DNA of 38,373 nucleotides from Candidatus Eiseniibacteriota bacterium (GCA_043810925.1 JBDRNT010000067.1:1-38373); one strand, 5' to 3'. Shown: positions 9,034 to 20,710, numbered from the stretch's first letter. Translations and numbers: made by a program. The notes: generated by a model from the letters alone, not told the origin.

Positions 9034-9867
9034 TCAGTTGTTCGCGTTCCACCCATCGCTGTCACTGTGGTACTGAGGATACGGCGTCATAGACACGACC
9101 CGGGCTGCCGGGACCTCCTCTACCTGACGGCGACCAAGCATCATCCGGGCTCTCCGGGCGCTCATGTAAGCCAGTCTTTCAAGGAACGTACCGATAAAGG
9201 CAGGCCAGAGAAATGCCGGCGCCTTCAGGGCGACACTCAATGTGACCCCGACAAACACAAGTCCGAGTCCGAAAACCCTGCCGATCGTGGCTGCAATCGT
9301 AGTTGCCTTGACGAAACTCCCGGTAAGCTTCCAGAGAATAGCCCTCAGCACTCTGCCGCCGTCGAGTGGATAGCCGGGAACCAGGTTGAACCCCGCCAGA
9401 ACCATATTGGCGTAGGCGGCGTACTCTGCAATCAGCCAGGGGGCCGTGCCCGGGTTACCCTTGAAGACAACAAATCTCAGGAAAGCAAAGACGGTTGCGA
9501 TCGCGAGACTGGCGACCGGCCCGGCGATCGCCATCCTGAATTCCACACCGGGGGTGGCAGGCTCCTTTTCCATGTGAGCCACACCACCGAAGATGAAGAG
9601 CGTGATCCTCCGTATCGGAAGACCGTTCTTGAGAGCGACGAGCGAGTGGGAAAGCTCGTGCGTTAAGACCGACGCAAAGAGAACAAGCGCGCCGACGGCA
9701 CTCACCACCCAGCTTGTGATAGGCCCGAGGTCCGGGGCCTTCTCAATCACATAACCGTTCCGGAGCCAGTATACAAGGAGGCCAAAGACGACGAGCCATG
9801 TGACGTTGACGTTTATCTCGATTGACTTGATACTGCCTAACCTGAGCGAACCCGCCCTGAACATCAC
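9034..9867 (-). CDS. Site-2 protease (peptidase M50) without CBS domains
   Basis: Multiple TM segments; THELSH zinc motif; LFIFGGVA; IAGP; FNLVPGYPLDGGR. Confidence 0.92.
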   Translation of the reverse strand: MMFRAGSLRLGSIKSIEINVNVTWLVVFGLLVYWLRNGYVIEKAPDLGPITSWVVSAVGALVLFASVLTHELSHSLVALKNGLPIRRITLFIFGGVAHMEKEPATPGVEFRMAIAGPVASLAIATVFAFLRFVVFKGNPGTAPWLIAEYAAYANMVLAGFNLVPGYPLDGGRVLRAILWKLTGSFVKATTIAATIGRVFGLGLVFVGVTLSVALKAPAFLWPAFIGTFLERLAYMSARRARMMLGRRQVEEVPAARVVSMTPYPQYHSDSDGWNANN

Positions 9868-9873
9868 AACCTC

Positions 9874-10401
9874 TCAATCGATAAGAACGACTCCGAAGTA
9901 GTCGCCCTTCTGCTTTTTCGTTCTAACGACCTCAATGTTGAATCCGTTGGTCCGCGCGGTGCGAAACACATCTATCCCGCAGGCTTCCATGGACGGTCTC
10001 GCCAGGTAGGGATGTCTGCAGCGGGTCTTGGTGTCACACTTGCTGCAAAGGTAACAGGGACCCGACCCCAGACCCAGAGCCTTGTAGTAACCGGCAAGGA
10101 AGATCTTGCGTTCCAGATGGGGGATTATCTCATTGATGATGTCGTTGTCATCCGCATGGATGAGCACCGCCTGCTTGTAACAGGCAATCGCGCTCGCCAT
10201 CTCTTGCGGTGTAGGCGTATAGGGAGGGCACATCAAACGCTTGTTGTACCCGGAGCAGCCGAATTGACACTTAAGTCTCACCCAGGGTTCGCACCTGATG
10301 GTCGATGCCTTTATGATCCCGGCCTTGCCGGCACCCATCTCAAGCGCAAGCCGGGAAAACCTGCCGACACCGGTACTCTCTCTCTTCGTCTTTTGAACCA
10401 T
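9874..10401 (-). CDS. DUF2284-family predicted metal-binding protein
   Basis: VRLKCQFGC..Y..RLMCPP, GPCYLCSKC, CRHP..ARPSMEACGIDV..T. Confidence 0.85.
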   Translation of the reverse strand: MVQKTKRESTGVGRFSRLALEMGAGKAGIIKASTIRCEPWVRLKCQFGCSGYNKRLMCPPYTPTPQEMASAIACYKQAVLIHADDNDIINEIIPHLERKIFLAGYYKALGLGSGPCYLCSKCDTKTRCRHPYLARPSMEACGIDVFRTARTNGFNIEVVRTKKQKGDYFGVVLID

Positions 10402-10404
10402 CGG

Positions 10405-11016
10405 TCAGCGTGCCTCCATCTGTATACGCTTGCTCCCGGGTTTGACTAGGGTCACCCCCGCTTTGCAGAGCGGACAGTTTTCCGGATCATGATTCTCTAT
10501 CTCGGCCCTGACCAGCCAGGCAAGCGGAACTCCGAGTGAGAGACTCTTTGCCCTGTTTACTATCAGACCGACACCTACGACCTCTCCCCCACCTTTGGAG
10601 ATCACCTCGACCACCTCCCGGATCGAACCACCGGTGGTCGTCACGTCTTCAACCACGACGGCCTTCTCACCTGTTTCGATTCCGAAACCTCTCCGCAGGC
10701 TCATCTTACCGCTTACCCTTTCGGTGAAGATCGACCTCGACCCGAGTGCCCTGGCCACCTCATGACCGATCACCACACCACCGAGCGCCGGACTCACGAC
10801 CACCGACGGATCTATGCCGCCGATTTCATCCTTAACAGCTGCGGCCAGCTCGCACCCTACCCTCTCCGCTCTCGAAGGATCCTCAAGCAAGAGAGCGCAC
10901 TGGATGTACTTCTCACTATGGAGACCGGAGGCCAGCTCGAAATGGCCGGTCAGCAGGGCTCCCGATTTCGTCATCAGGTCGATGATCCCGGATGACGGCC
11001 GCGTCTCTTCAAGCAT
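10405..11016 (-). CDS. pyrE: Orotate phosphoribosyltransferase
   Basis: GHFELASGLHS..YIQC, PALGG, PRPP-binding VVVEDVTTTGGS; pyr operon context. Confidence 0.95.
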   Translation of the reverse strand: MLEETRPSSGIIDLMTKSGALLTGHFELASGLHSEKYIQCALLLEDPSRAERVGCELAAAVKDEIGGIDPSVVVSPALGGVVIGHEVARALGSRSIFTERVSGKMSLRRGFGIETGEKAVVVEDVTTTGGSIREVVEVISKGGGEVVGVGLIVNRAKSLSLGVPLAWLVRAEIENHDPENCPLCKAGVTLVKPGSKRIQMEAR

Positions 11017-11704
11017 CTTCGACCTCCTTTAAGATCCTGGCCAAGGCCTCTTCAGGAGCACTCGCGCCCGTCACGCTTCTGCCGACGACCAAGAAGTCGG
11101 CTCCATCCCTGACGGCCTGGCCGGGTGTACCCACTCTCGCCTGATCGTCCGCCTCATCCCCGCCCAGCCTTATACCCGGGACGACTGCAAGAAGCCGGTC
11201 ACCGTGCGCTTCCTTGACACGGCCCACCTCAAGCGGCGAGCATACGACACCATCTATCCCTGCTTTCGCGGCATCACCTGCAAGATTGAGAACTTGTGTG
11301 AGTGTATCGCCTTGCCCTGCCATGCTCGTCAGTACCGTTACTCCGATTATCAGCGGGCGCTCTGTGGCGAATGCCTTCGATCCTTCTTCCGCACCCTCGA
11401 GCGCGCCGCGCATCATGTCGATGCCCCCCGAAGCATGAATCGTAAGCATGTTCACACCGAGGGACGTGGCGGCGCGAACCGCTCCTCTTACCGTGTTGGG
11501 GATGTCGTGAAACTTGAGATCGAGAAAGACCTTCACACCGGTGTTCTTGGCGAACTCGACTATCCCGGGTCCGAAGCGAGTGAAGAGAATCGGACCGATC
11601 TTGTAAACATCAACCTGTTCGTGTGTGACTTCCACCATGCGCTCCGCTTGATCGAGACGATCGAAATCAAGAGCGAGGATTATCCCGGTCTCACCCTTCG
11701 CCAC
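11009..11704 (-). CDS. pyrF: Orotidine-5'-phosphate decarboxylase
   Basis: IILALD, FLDLKFHDIPNTV, VTVLTS, PGIR, DDQAR, VVGRS; GTG start at 11704 chosen because GAGGAGG precedes it (ORF track starts at 11755). Confidence 0.95.
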   Translation of the reverse strand: MAKGETGIILALDFDRLDQAERMVEVTHEQVDVYKIGPILFTRFGPGIVEFAKNTGVKVFLDLKFHDIPNTVRGAVRAATSLGVNMLTIHASGGIDMMRGALEGAEEGSKAFATERPLIIGVTVLTSMAGQGDTLTQVLNLAGDAAKAGIDGVVCSPLEVGRVKEAHGDRLLAVVPGIRLGGDEADDQARVGTPGQAVRDGADFLVVGRSVTGASAPEEALARILKEVEDA

Positions 11705-12620
11705 CTGTGTCCTCCTCTCCGGCTGCCTTCCCCTTGAGATCTTCGAGGCCGCCATAGCCCTTCTCCTGCATGTAAGTTCTTAAGCCCTCGACTATCATCG
11801 AGGGTGCCAGCATGTCCCTTAATACAACGCTTCCGATCTGGAATGCAGACGCACCGGCGAGCAGGAACTCAACGGCGTCATCTGCGGTCTCGATACCCCC
11901 CGCACCGATCACGGGAATGTCCACGATCCCCGCAGCCTTCCATACAAGGGCAAGCGAGATGGACTTTATCGCTCGCCCACTGAGTCCGCCCGTCACACCA
12001 CCAAGCGCGGGTCTCGCCCGGTCGATATCGATCGCCATTGCCGGATACGTATTGGCGACCGTCAAAGCGTCGGCACCCGCATCGCATGCGGCGCGGCAAA
12101 CGTCTCCCACGCCCGCTACAAGCGGAGGGATCTTGACGATTACCGGTAGGGCCGTCTCCACCCGCACACCTTCGACTACTCTGTATGTACTCTCCGGATC
12201 GCTTCCGAATGCGATCCCGCCCCGTGCGACATTTGGGCACGAGATGTTGACCTCAAGTGCGTCTACCCGGCCGCTCTCCCCGAAGAGGCCGGCGATCTCC
12301 CGGTACTCGTCCGGGGTCTCACCGCCGATGCTGACAAAGAGCTTGCAGGGTATGTCTATCGCCGGGAGAATCTCGCTCAGGAACACGCTGCTTCCGACAT
12401 TCTCAAGCCCGATGGAGTTGATGATGCCCACACCGACATCCACGATTCTCGGTGGCGGGTTGCCCTGCCTGGGCTTCGGCGTCACGGTCTTCGTCACTAT
12501 CGCGCCGAAAGAAGTGAAGTCAAGAAGTCCCTCGTATTCATTCCCGTAGCCGAACAGACCGGATGCACCGACGAGCGGTGACGCGAGCACGGTTTCGCCT
12601 ATCTTGACTTCAAGGTTCAC
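11691..12620 (-). CDS. pyrD: Dihydroorotate dehydrogenase class 1B catalytic subunit
   Basis: ASG.FGYG, KTVT..PRQGNPPPRI, NSIGLEN.G, EVNISCPNV, GGLSG.AIK. Confidence 0.95.
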   Translation of the reverse strand: MNLEVKIGETVLASPLVGASGLFGYGNEYEGLLDFTSFGAIVTKTVTPKPRQGNPPPRIVDVGVGIINSIGLENVGSSVFLSEILPAIDIPCKLFVSIGGETPDEYREIAGLFGESGRVDALEVNISCPNVARGGIAFGSDPESTYRVVEGVRVETALPVIVKIPPLVAGVGDVCRAACDAGADALTVANTYPAMAIDIDRARPALGGVTGGLSGRAIKSISLALVWKAAGIVDIPVIGAGGIETADDAVEFLLAGASAFQIGSVVLRDMLAPSMIVEGLRTYMQEKGYGGLEDLKGKAAGEEDTGGEG

Positions 12621-13420
12621 GTATCAAGCCACCTCTCCCAGTCTATCAGACCGCTATCGAAGACCGGCCCGTCCTTGCAGGCGTGATGATAACCACCCTT
12701 TGCCGCGGGCACGGCACACGAAAGACAGGCGCCGATTCCGCAGGCCATAATCTCATCAACACTCACCTGACAGGACACATTGCGCTCCCGGCACAGCCGG
12801 GCGATCTCGAAGAGCATTTCACGCGGTCCACATGCGACCACCTGAACCGCGTCCTGTTCCATGGCCATCTCGCCGATCGCCCCGGCGAGACCGTCGAGTG
12901 CCGTGCCGCGGGACCCTTTTGAGCCGTCCTCGGTATAGGTCGCTATCTTCACACCCTGGACGACGAGACCGACCGGCACAAGCAGTTCCTCACGCGTCGC
13001 GGCACCCACTACGAGCGTGACGTGCTCGTAGAGATCGACATACTTCTGACAGTAAAAAGCAATCGGCGGAAGCCCCATACCCCCGGCGACGGCTATTGCA
13101 TGCGTACATGTCTCGTTCGGAGTAAAGCCCTCACCAAGAGGTCCGACAACATCAAACTCCCCCCCCGCATCCATCTGTGACATGATCGATGTCGCACGCC
13201 CGACGACTTTGTATATGATATCGACCATGGATTCGCCGTCCGATGAATAGACCGAAAACGGCCGTCTGAGATAGGGCCATCCGGCCACAAGCCCGCGAAG
13301 CATGATGAACTGCCCGGGGGCGCAGTTCCCTGCAATCGAAGGCGCTTCGAGTCTCAAGGTGTAGTAACCGTTGCGGAGCTGCTCGTTATCCACGATCTTC
13401 GCGATCGAGCAGTATGTCAT
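12617..13420 (-). CDS. pyrK: Dihydroorotate dehydrogenase electron-transfer subunit
   Basis: PGQFIM, LRRPFS, GPLGEGF, AGGMG, ACGP..M, 2Fe-2S motif MACGIGACLSC...CKDGPVF. Confidence 0.95.
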   Translation of the reverse strand: MTYCSIAKIVDNEQLRNGYYTLRLEAPSIAGNCAPGQFIMLRGLVAGWPYLRRPFSVYSSDGESMVDIIYKVVGRATSIMSQMDAGGEFDVVGPLGEGFTPNETCTHAIAVAGGMGLPPIAFYCQKYVDLYEHVTLVVGAATREELLVPVGLVVQGVKIATYTEDGSKGSRGTALDGLAGAIGEMAMEQDAVQVVACGPREMLFEIARLCRERNVSCQVSVDEIMACGIGACLSCAVPAAKGGYHHACKDGPVFDSGLIDWERWLDT

Positions 13421-15186
13421 CGGCCGGGTTCCTCGGCTTGGGGTGGTTCAAGCGTGTCCTCGGGAGCGCCGGCTCCTTCACGGGCCGCCGCGCTGTCCAA
13501 CGGCACCTTCTCATGGGGAGGAAGAACGGGCACTTCAGGGGCGGCCTCGTCGACGGGTTCAAGGTCTTCCGGCACCGGCGGTCCGATTTCCTGGGAACGA
13601 TCAACAACCCGCTCCGGCGTACGTCCCGGGCGCCTGTCATCGGGACGGCTCACCTTCCGGTGCGTCTTCGAATCCCTGCCGGAGTCCTCAAGCAGGCTAT
13701 CCGGGAGAACCACAGTCGGTATCTCGACTTCGCGAGGCCTGAGCGCCTCCGGAATGGGCACCGTCGGTATCTCTGATAGCGAGAGCGTATCGGGGGGCGT
13801 CTCCGTCACTATGTCCGCAAGCGGAAGACCGAGGCCGGAGCGAGCCAGGTTCGCATAGACGGTGTTGGGAAACGAGTCGATCACCGTGCGATAGTAGACC
13901 CGGGCCACAGTGTCTTCTCTCGCTTCCAGAAGGGCTGCGGTTGCGATCATCGACTTGGCGGCATATGTGCTGGCCGGAAAACTGTCGGCTATGCTCTTGT
14001 ATTGCTCCAGAGCCTTGTCCTTCAGACCCAGATCCTCAAGATAGATCTCGGCAAGCAAGAACCTGCTGAGTGCCTGTTCATCGGGTGAGTCCGGTATCGA
14101 ATCCGATAGAGATTCCTGGTACTTGTGCATATCACCGATTGCCTTGGTTTTCTTCGCTGCGAGGATGCTGAATTCAGTCTGAGAGCCGCCGGCCCGTCCA
14201 TAGGCGACCTTGGCCGCATCAAAATCGCCAAGATGCTTCTCATGAATCATGCCTATCTTGTAGCTGAGCTCGGCTTTGAGTTCCCGGTTCTCATTTGCAA
14301 GCAGGCTGTCCGCTTCCGTCAGAATGGAGATCGCACTGTCGGGCTTTCCCTGCTCGATGAGGACTCCGGCCGTCTCCATTCTTGCCCGCGCCTTGAGTGT
14401 GTCTTCCTCCGATTTCACTATGATTCCTTCGAATATGGATATGGCGGTCTCATACTCGCCCAGCTGTTTGTGTGCCCTCCCGATTTGAAGACCGGCGATC
14501 AGTCCGTTCTCACCCGCCCGACCTCGAACCACCTCAAGAACTTCGATCGCTTCTTCCGGCCTACCGGTTCTGAGCAGGCTCGCGCCCAGATCGAGCCTGA
14601 CCCGTGCCGACTTTCTTCCGTTGGGAAACTCGGTCATGTAGGTTTTCAGATGGGTTATGGCATTCTTATGATCCAGATTGTTGAGATACACACGACCACG
14701 CAGAAAGACAGATTTCTCTCTGACCAGTTTGACATCCGTCTCAGCAATGAGACCGGCGAGCGCGGTCAGAGCCTGCGGCTCTAACTCCTGAAGAATCAGG
14801 GTGTACGCTCTCATGTATCTCGCCTGATCGACCAGCTCGCTCTCCGCATACAGATTGATCAGTTCGTCGAATTTCCTCATTGCGCTCGGGTATTCGCGCT
14901 TGAGAACAAAACAGTTGCCCATCAGAAGCAACGCGTCATCCACCCACTTGCTCTTAGGATAGAGAAGGAGTATCTTGCCGCACCTCTTGGTAACCGAGGT
15001 GAGAAGCTTGGCGTTCTCACCGGCGACCCTTTCCTGGGTATAAGGGTCCCAGAAATCAGAGATGCTTGGATCCGACATCACCCTCTTGTATTCATCATTG
15101 GCCGTCCAGAGGATGTTATAGTAGGCGCATGAGGCCACGACTGCCGCAGCGAAGAGAATCCAGGTCAGGCGAAACCGCATCATCAC
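13417..15186 (-). CDS. TPR-repeat lipoprotein, PorW/SprE-like
   Basis: Lipobox VASC followed by AYYN; KILLLYPKSKWVDDALLLMG; many TPR helices; Pro/acidic disordered C-tail. TPR lipoprotein call is solid, PorW similarity is recognised by eye. Confidence 0.75.
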   Translation of the reverse strand: MMMRFRLTWILFAAAVVASCAYYNILWTANDEYKRVMSDPSISDFWDPYTQERVAGENAKLLTSVTKRCGKILLLYPKSKWVDDALLLMGNCFVLKREYPSAMRKFDELINLYAESELVDQARYMRAYTLILQELEPQALTALAGLIAETDVKLVREKSVFLRGRVYLNNLDHKNAITHLKTYMTEFPNGRKSARVRLDLGASLLRTGRPEEAIEVLEVVRGRAGENGLIAGLQIGRAHKQLGEYETAISIFEGIIVKSEEDTLKARARMETAGVLIEQGKPDSAISILTEADSLLANENRELKAELSYKIGMIHEKHLGDFDAAKVAYGRAGGSQTEFSILAAKKTKAIGDMHKYQESLSDSIPDSPDEQALSRFLLAEIYLEDLGLKDKALEQYKSIADSFPASTYAAKSMIATAALLEAREDTVARVYYRTVIDSFPNTVYANLARSGLGLPLADIVTETPPDTLSLSEIPTVPIPEALRPREVEIPTVVLPDSLLEDSGRDSKTHRKVSRPDDRRPGRTPERVVDRSQEIGPPVPEDLEPVDEAAPEVPVLPPHEKVPLDSAAAREGAGAPEDTLEPPQAEEPGR

Positions 15187-15188
15187 AT

Positions 15189-15827
15189 TTAAAACCCCAG
15201 CTCTTCATTCACAAGGATAACCGACATTCTTCCCCTGGTCCTCTGCTTCTCGACAATCAGGGTGAGATTGCAGATCCGCTGAGGGGAGCTGCAGTCGCTG
15301 CAGCGCCCGGTCTTGACACACGGGGTGCTGAGACCGAATCGTATCGCGTTCATCGGCGCCGCCACGTTTCTGACTCTGTCAATTGCGGCTTCCACGTCGG
15401 AAACTATCTTGTTCCGGCCGACTATGATTATCACCTTTTCAGGTCCGAAGCAGAATGCAGCAAGTCTGTTTCCAAGACCATCGATGTTTACCAGTTTGCC
15501 GTCCTCGGTGACTGCGTTGGTGCCCGAGACGAAGTAGTCGGCGTGAGTCCCCTGCTTTCTCGCTTCAAGCGAATCCTTCTCGCTTAAGCGGCCCGCATAC
15601 TGGTCAAACATTCTGTAATTGCCGCGTCTGAGAGCATCCAGCAGGCCGATCTCTTCCGCCGACCTCGACCCGCCGATCCCGACCGTTGCACCCTTCCGTA
15701 CCAGGGACAGGGCTTTCTTCCTGGCATCCGCGGAAGTCTTTGCCACGTATGCATCCATACCGTTCCTGGTAAGCGCCCTCTTCACATTTCGCAACTTCGT
15801 AAGATAGTAAGAATCTCGCTCCAGCAT
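15189..15827 (-). CDS. LUD-domain protein (lactate utilisation, LutC/YkgG-like family)
   Basis: GIGGSRS...IGL, ADYFVSGTNAVTEDGKLVNIDG.GNR, GPEKV...GRNKIV, C-terminal TPCVKTGRC.DC.SP.RICN. Confidence 0.85.
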   Translation of the reverse strand: MLERDSYYLTKLRNVKRALTRNGMDAYVAKTSADARKKALSLVRKGATVGIGGSRSAEEIGLLDALRRGNYRMFDQYAGRLSEKDSLEARKQGTHADYFVSGTNAVTEDGKLVNIDGLGNRLAAFCFGPEKVIIIVGRNKIVSDVEAAIDRVRNVAAPMNAIRFGLSTPCVKTGRCSDCSSPQRICNLTLIVEKQRTRGRMSVILVNEELGF

Positions 15828-15842
15828 CCTTGGCTCTCCTCC

Positions 15843-17112
15843 TTAACCCAGCTCGCCGTCTCTCATGAGGACCCTGCCTCCTACTATCACACTAACCGCC
15901 CGTCCTTTAAGCTTCCAGTCCGAAAATGGCGTATTTCGTGATTTGGAATGGAACCGCGTGGGATCGACGGTCCACTCGCAATCCGGATCGAAGACCGTTA
16001 TATCACCCGGAGAGCCCTCCTTCAGCGTGCCCTGCGCAATCCCGAGTATCCCCGCCGGGTTTGTGCTCATAAGCCGGACGAGAGCGGGAAGCGTTATGAT
16101 CCCCTCATGATATAGACACGTGCACGCCAACCCGAGTGCGGTCTCAAGACCGACGACACCAAACGGCGCGGAGTTGAATTCCTGGTCCTTCTCTTCCGGA
16201 CTGTGAGGCGCATGATCGGTCGCTATGGCGTCAACGAGACCACTTCTCAGCGCTTGTCTCAATGCAGCCATGTTTCTCTCGTCTCTGAGCGGCGGATTCA
16301 TCTTCGCATTTGTGTCGTACGACCGGACCGCCTCATCCGTCAGAGCGAAGTGGTGTGGGGTCACTTCGCACGTTACACATACACCCGAGGCCTTGGCGTC
16401 CTTTATGAGCGCCACGCTCCGGCCCGTCGAGACATGGCAGACGTGGAGTCTGGACCGGGCAAGTTCGGTAAGCATTATGTCCCTTGCCACCATCACAGAT
16501 TCACTTTCCGGGGGCATGCCTTTAAGACCGAGTAATGTGGACATCCTGCCCTCATTCATTACCCCATTGGCGCTCAGCGAAAGGTCCTCGCAGTGCGCGA
16601 ACACGGGCCTGCCGAACATCTTCACATACTCAAGCGCCCGTCTCATCAAGGCCGAGCTCGTCACCGGCCGGCCGTCGTCACTGACACCGACCGCCCCGGC
16701 CTTCAGCGCGGTCCCCATTTCAGCAAGCGTCTCACCCTTCAGACCCCTGCTGAGTGCGGCCACCGGGTAGACCCTTGCAAGATTCGCATCCTGCGCTTGC
16801 GCCAACACGAACTTCACACCTTCATCACCCTCAATCACAGGTTCGGTATTGGGCATGCATGCAATCGACGTGAAGCCGCCCGCTATGGCGGCGCGTGCAC
16901 CGGTCTCGATCGTCTCCTCGTCTTCGCGCCCCGGTTCTCTCAGATGTACATGCATGTCGATAAGACCGGGACACACAATGAGCCCTTTGCTATCAAGCAC
17001 GGTCGCATCATCAGCTTCGATCGAGCCGCTGACGCGGGCGACCACGCCATCATCGATCAGAACATCGGACACTTGATCCAGGCCCTGGGACGGGTCTACT
17101 ACTCTACCACCC

Positions 17113-17129
<17 letters not shown>
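15843..17129 (-). CDS. pyrC: Dihydroorotase (type I)
   Basis: PGLIDMHVHLREPG, GGFT....MPNT, HCED, HVCHVS, EVTPHH, KMNPPLR, IATDHAPH, SKSRNTPF. Confidence 0.96.
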
Positions 17130-18728
<1,599 letters not shown>

Positions 18729-18737
18729 ACCGCGCCT

Positions 18738-18766
18738 ACTCTACGACCTGTGCCTCCACGTTGCAA
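18738..18766 (-). promoter_or_regulatory. sigma70 promoter of the pyr operon
   Basis: TTGCAA-17bp-TAGAGT placed just upstream of the PyrR hairpin. Confidence 0.65.
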
Positions 18767-18838
18767 GCTAAATCTTCAGGCCTTGTTGCAATCCGCATAT
18801 ACACAGGCCTACCGGCCCTCACGGATCGTGGGAAATTC

Positions 18839-18857
18839 AGACCGGCAATGCCGGTCT
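18839..18857 (-). terminator. Hairpin directly downstream of DUF4846 stop (possible terminator)
   Basis: AGACCGGCA-A-TGCCGGTCT perfect inverted repeat; U-tract is weak. Confidence 0.35.
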
Positions 18858-19801
18858 CAGTCAGATGTCCGGTCTCCATCTCTTTCACATGCCGTGTATG
18901 AAAACCGTTTCAGTTCACGGTAGGAGAAAGTCCACTCCGGCGTGTTCAAGACCCCTTCCGACCTCGCCGTGTACCAGGGGGTGAATCGATCAAAACTCTT
19001 GAGGATGTGGATATCCTGCGCCGGCATGTAGCTCTGCGCAAGCAGAAACACGCGTTCGCCCGCAGCATCTTCCGCAACGTCGACTACAAGAACGGCATGG
19101 CCGGGGGACCCACCTTCGATAAAGATATCCCCGATTTCCGGTTTTGACGGGTCCGCCACCGCATCCAACTCCTGCTCAAGAGACGCCGAACCCGCATAAG
19201 TGAAGACGGTATCAAGATATCTTCTGAAATTCATATAGCTGTCATCATACCGGGCGGTTTGCGCCCACACTACATGATTGCCTGTAACTTGCGGCCGACT
19301 TCCATTTCGCCAGTCTGCCCAGCGCGCTGTGTGGCCGCTCGTAAAGTTAAAGGCGATCTCGTCCGCGCACGACCCTGAAAACAGAAATTCGGCACGAAGA
19401 CGAATAATCGCATCAGCACACTGCTGCAGGTCTTTGGAACCCACATCCACATCCAGGACGGCGAAGTGCGCAGCTTGATTCATCTTCATCCGGCCGTTAT
19501 AGAGATACACGGCCGGCCGGCCGGGCCTGAGAGGCAGACCTCTGAGCCATGCGCCGAAACTTCCCACTCTTGCCGGTAATCGGTCGAATCCGGATGGTGT
19601 TGGGATACGGGACTGAATAACCGTGGCATCTACACCGCGACTGGCTACGGGTAGCGGCTGGTTCTTGGGCGCGCCGGCCGGAGTATCGGGCCTAACCTCC
19701 GGCGGTGACTCATCAGACGTAGAGGTGGCACACCCGCCGATAACCATAAGTAACACCGTAAGAGCCAGATGAGAAGCACGCACGCTTGCTGTCCTGTTCA
19801 T
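18857..19801 (-). CDS. DUF4846-family lipoprotein
   Basis: Lipobox IGGC; DLQQCADAIIRLRAE, YAGSASL, GDIFI.GGSPGHAV.VVD, LLAQSYMPAQDIH; ATG at 19801 preceded by GAGGA. Confidence 0.85.
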   Translation of the reverse strand: MNRTASVRASHLALTVLLMVIGGCATSTSDESPPEVRPDTPAGAPKNQPLPVASRGVDATVIQSRIPTPSGFDRLPARVGSFGAWLRGLPLRPGRPAVYLYNGRMKMNQAAHFAVLDVDVGSKDLQQCADAIIRLRAEFLFSGSCADEIAFNFTSGHTARWADWRNGSRPQVTGNHVVWAQTARYDDSYMNFRRYLDTVFTYAGSASLEQELDAVADPSKPEIGDIFIEGGSPGHAVLVVDVAEDAAGERVFLLAQSYMPAQDIHILKSFDRFTPWYTARSEGVLNTPEWTFSYRELKRFSYTACERDGDRTSD

Positions 19802-19864
19802 CAGATCCTCTTCGAACACCTGACGACCTGCGTACGATCCCGCAGGCGCGCCGGCTCAGTGCGC

Positions 19865-20710
19865 TCAATCACTCCGGAACAGAAAGCGGAGCCCATTATG
19901 AAGAGCGATCGGCATTGCCCCGACATGGCCGGCTGAATCTATGATTTCCGCTTTTACTCTCGAGTCTTCAAAGCCCTTCTCGTGGAACGCAGATCTCAAA
20001 ATACCAAAACCTTTCAGCATCTCCCAGGATTCCTCTTCTCCCACGCTAAGGTACACCTTCTTGATCGTCTCGAGGCGGTCCGCCGACATCTCCTCAAGGT
20101 CAGAAGCAAGATAATAATCGTTGAACCATAGTGACGGGCTCCCCAACAGATAGTACTGGAACAGTTGTGGATTACGAGTCACAAGATGAACGCCCAACAG
20201 GCCGCCGAGAGAGTATCCAGCGAAGCATCTCCGGGCTGGATCGCTCGGATATTCCGATTCGATACGGGGTATTAACTCTTCTTCAAGGAAGGTGGCGAAT
20301 CTCGCTGCACCACCGGTCATCTCCAAAGCCTTTGAGTACATGTTGCTTTTCGAATACTCGTCCGTGGGGTGGGCCGGGGTGAAGTCTCGCGTTCTCATGA
20401 CCGCCCAGTCATCCGTGTTTTTACCCTGTGTTATACCTACGAGGATATACGGCTCCGTCAATCGGCCGAGATCCATCAGCCCGGGCAGGGCCTTGAGATA
20501 GTCTCCCAGGATGAACCAGTCCATGCAGTAGACAACAGGATATACCGTTCCCGGCGGCGGTGTGCCCGGAGGAACCACGACTTCGATTTCATACCGGGTC
20601 CGGACGGCCTCTGACTCAATTTCAAATCGGTTTGCGTCATCTTGTCCATAGGAGGCCCCGATCATAGTCCAAACCAGGATAACGCCGAACCAGAGTAATG
20701 AGCGTCTCAC
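19865..20710 (-). CDS. Secreted alpha/beta-hydrolase-fold esterase (IroE/BesA-like)
   Basis: Signal peptide; YPVVY..D, RTRDFTP, GGA..F..FL.EELIP.IE, nucleophile elbow GYSLGG, SPSLW, C-terminal His. Confidence 0.85.
   Translation of the reverse strand: MRRSLLWFGVILVWTMIGASYGQDDANRFEIESEAVRTRYEIEVVVPPGTPPPGTVYPVVYCMDWFILGDYLKALPGLMDLGRLTEPYILVGITQGKNTDDWAVMRTRDFTPAHPTDEYSKSNMYSKALEMTGGAARFATFLEEELIPRIESEYPSDPARRCFAGYSLGGLLGVHLVTRNPQLFQYYLLGSPSLWFNDYYLASDLEEMSADRLETIKKVYLSVGEEESWEMLKGFGILRSAFHEKGFEDSRVKAEIIDSAGHVGAMPIALHNGLRFLFRSD

Noticed and set aside
6278-9867. TldD/PmbA plus M50 protease as a RiPP maturation cluster
   Set aside because: No precursor peptide, YcaO or radical SAM enzyme, or exporter nearby; tldD-pmbA is a common housekeeping pair and the M50 gene belongs to the opposite operon
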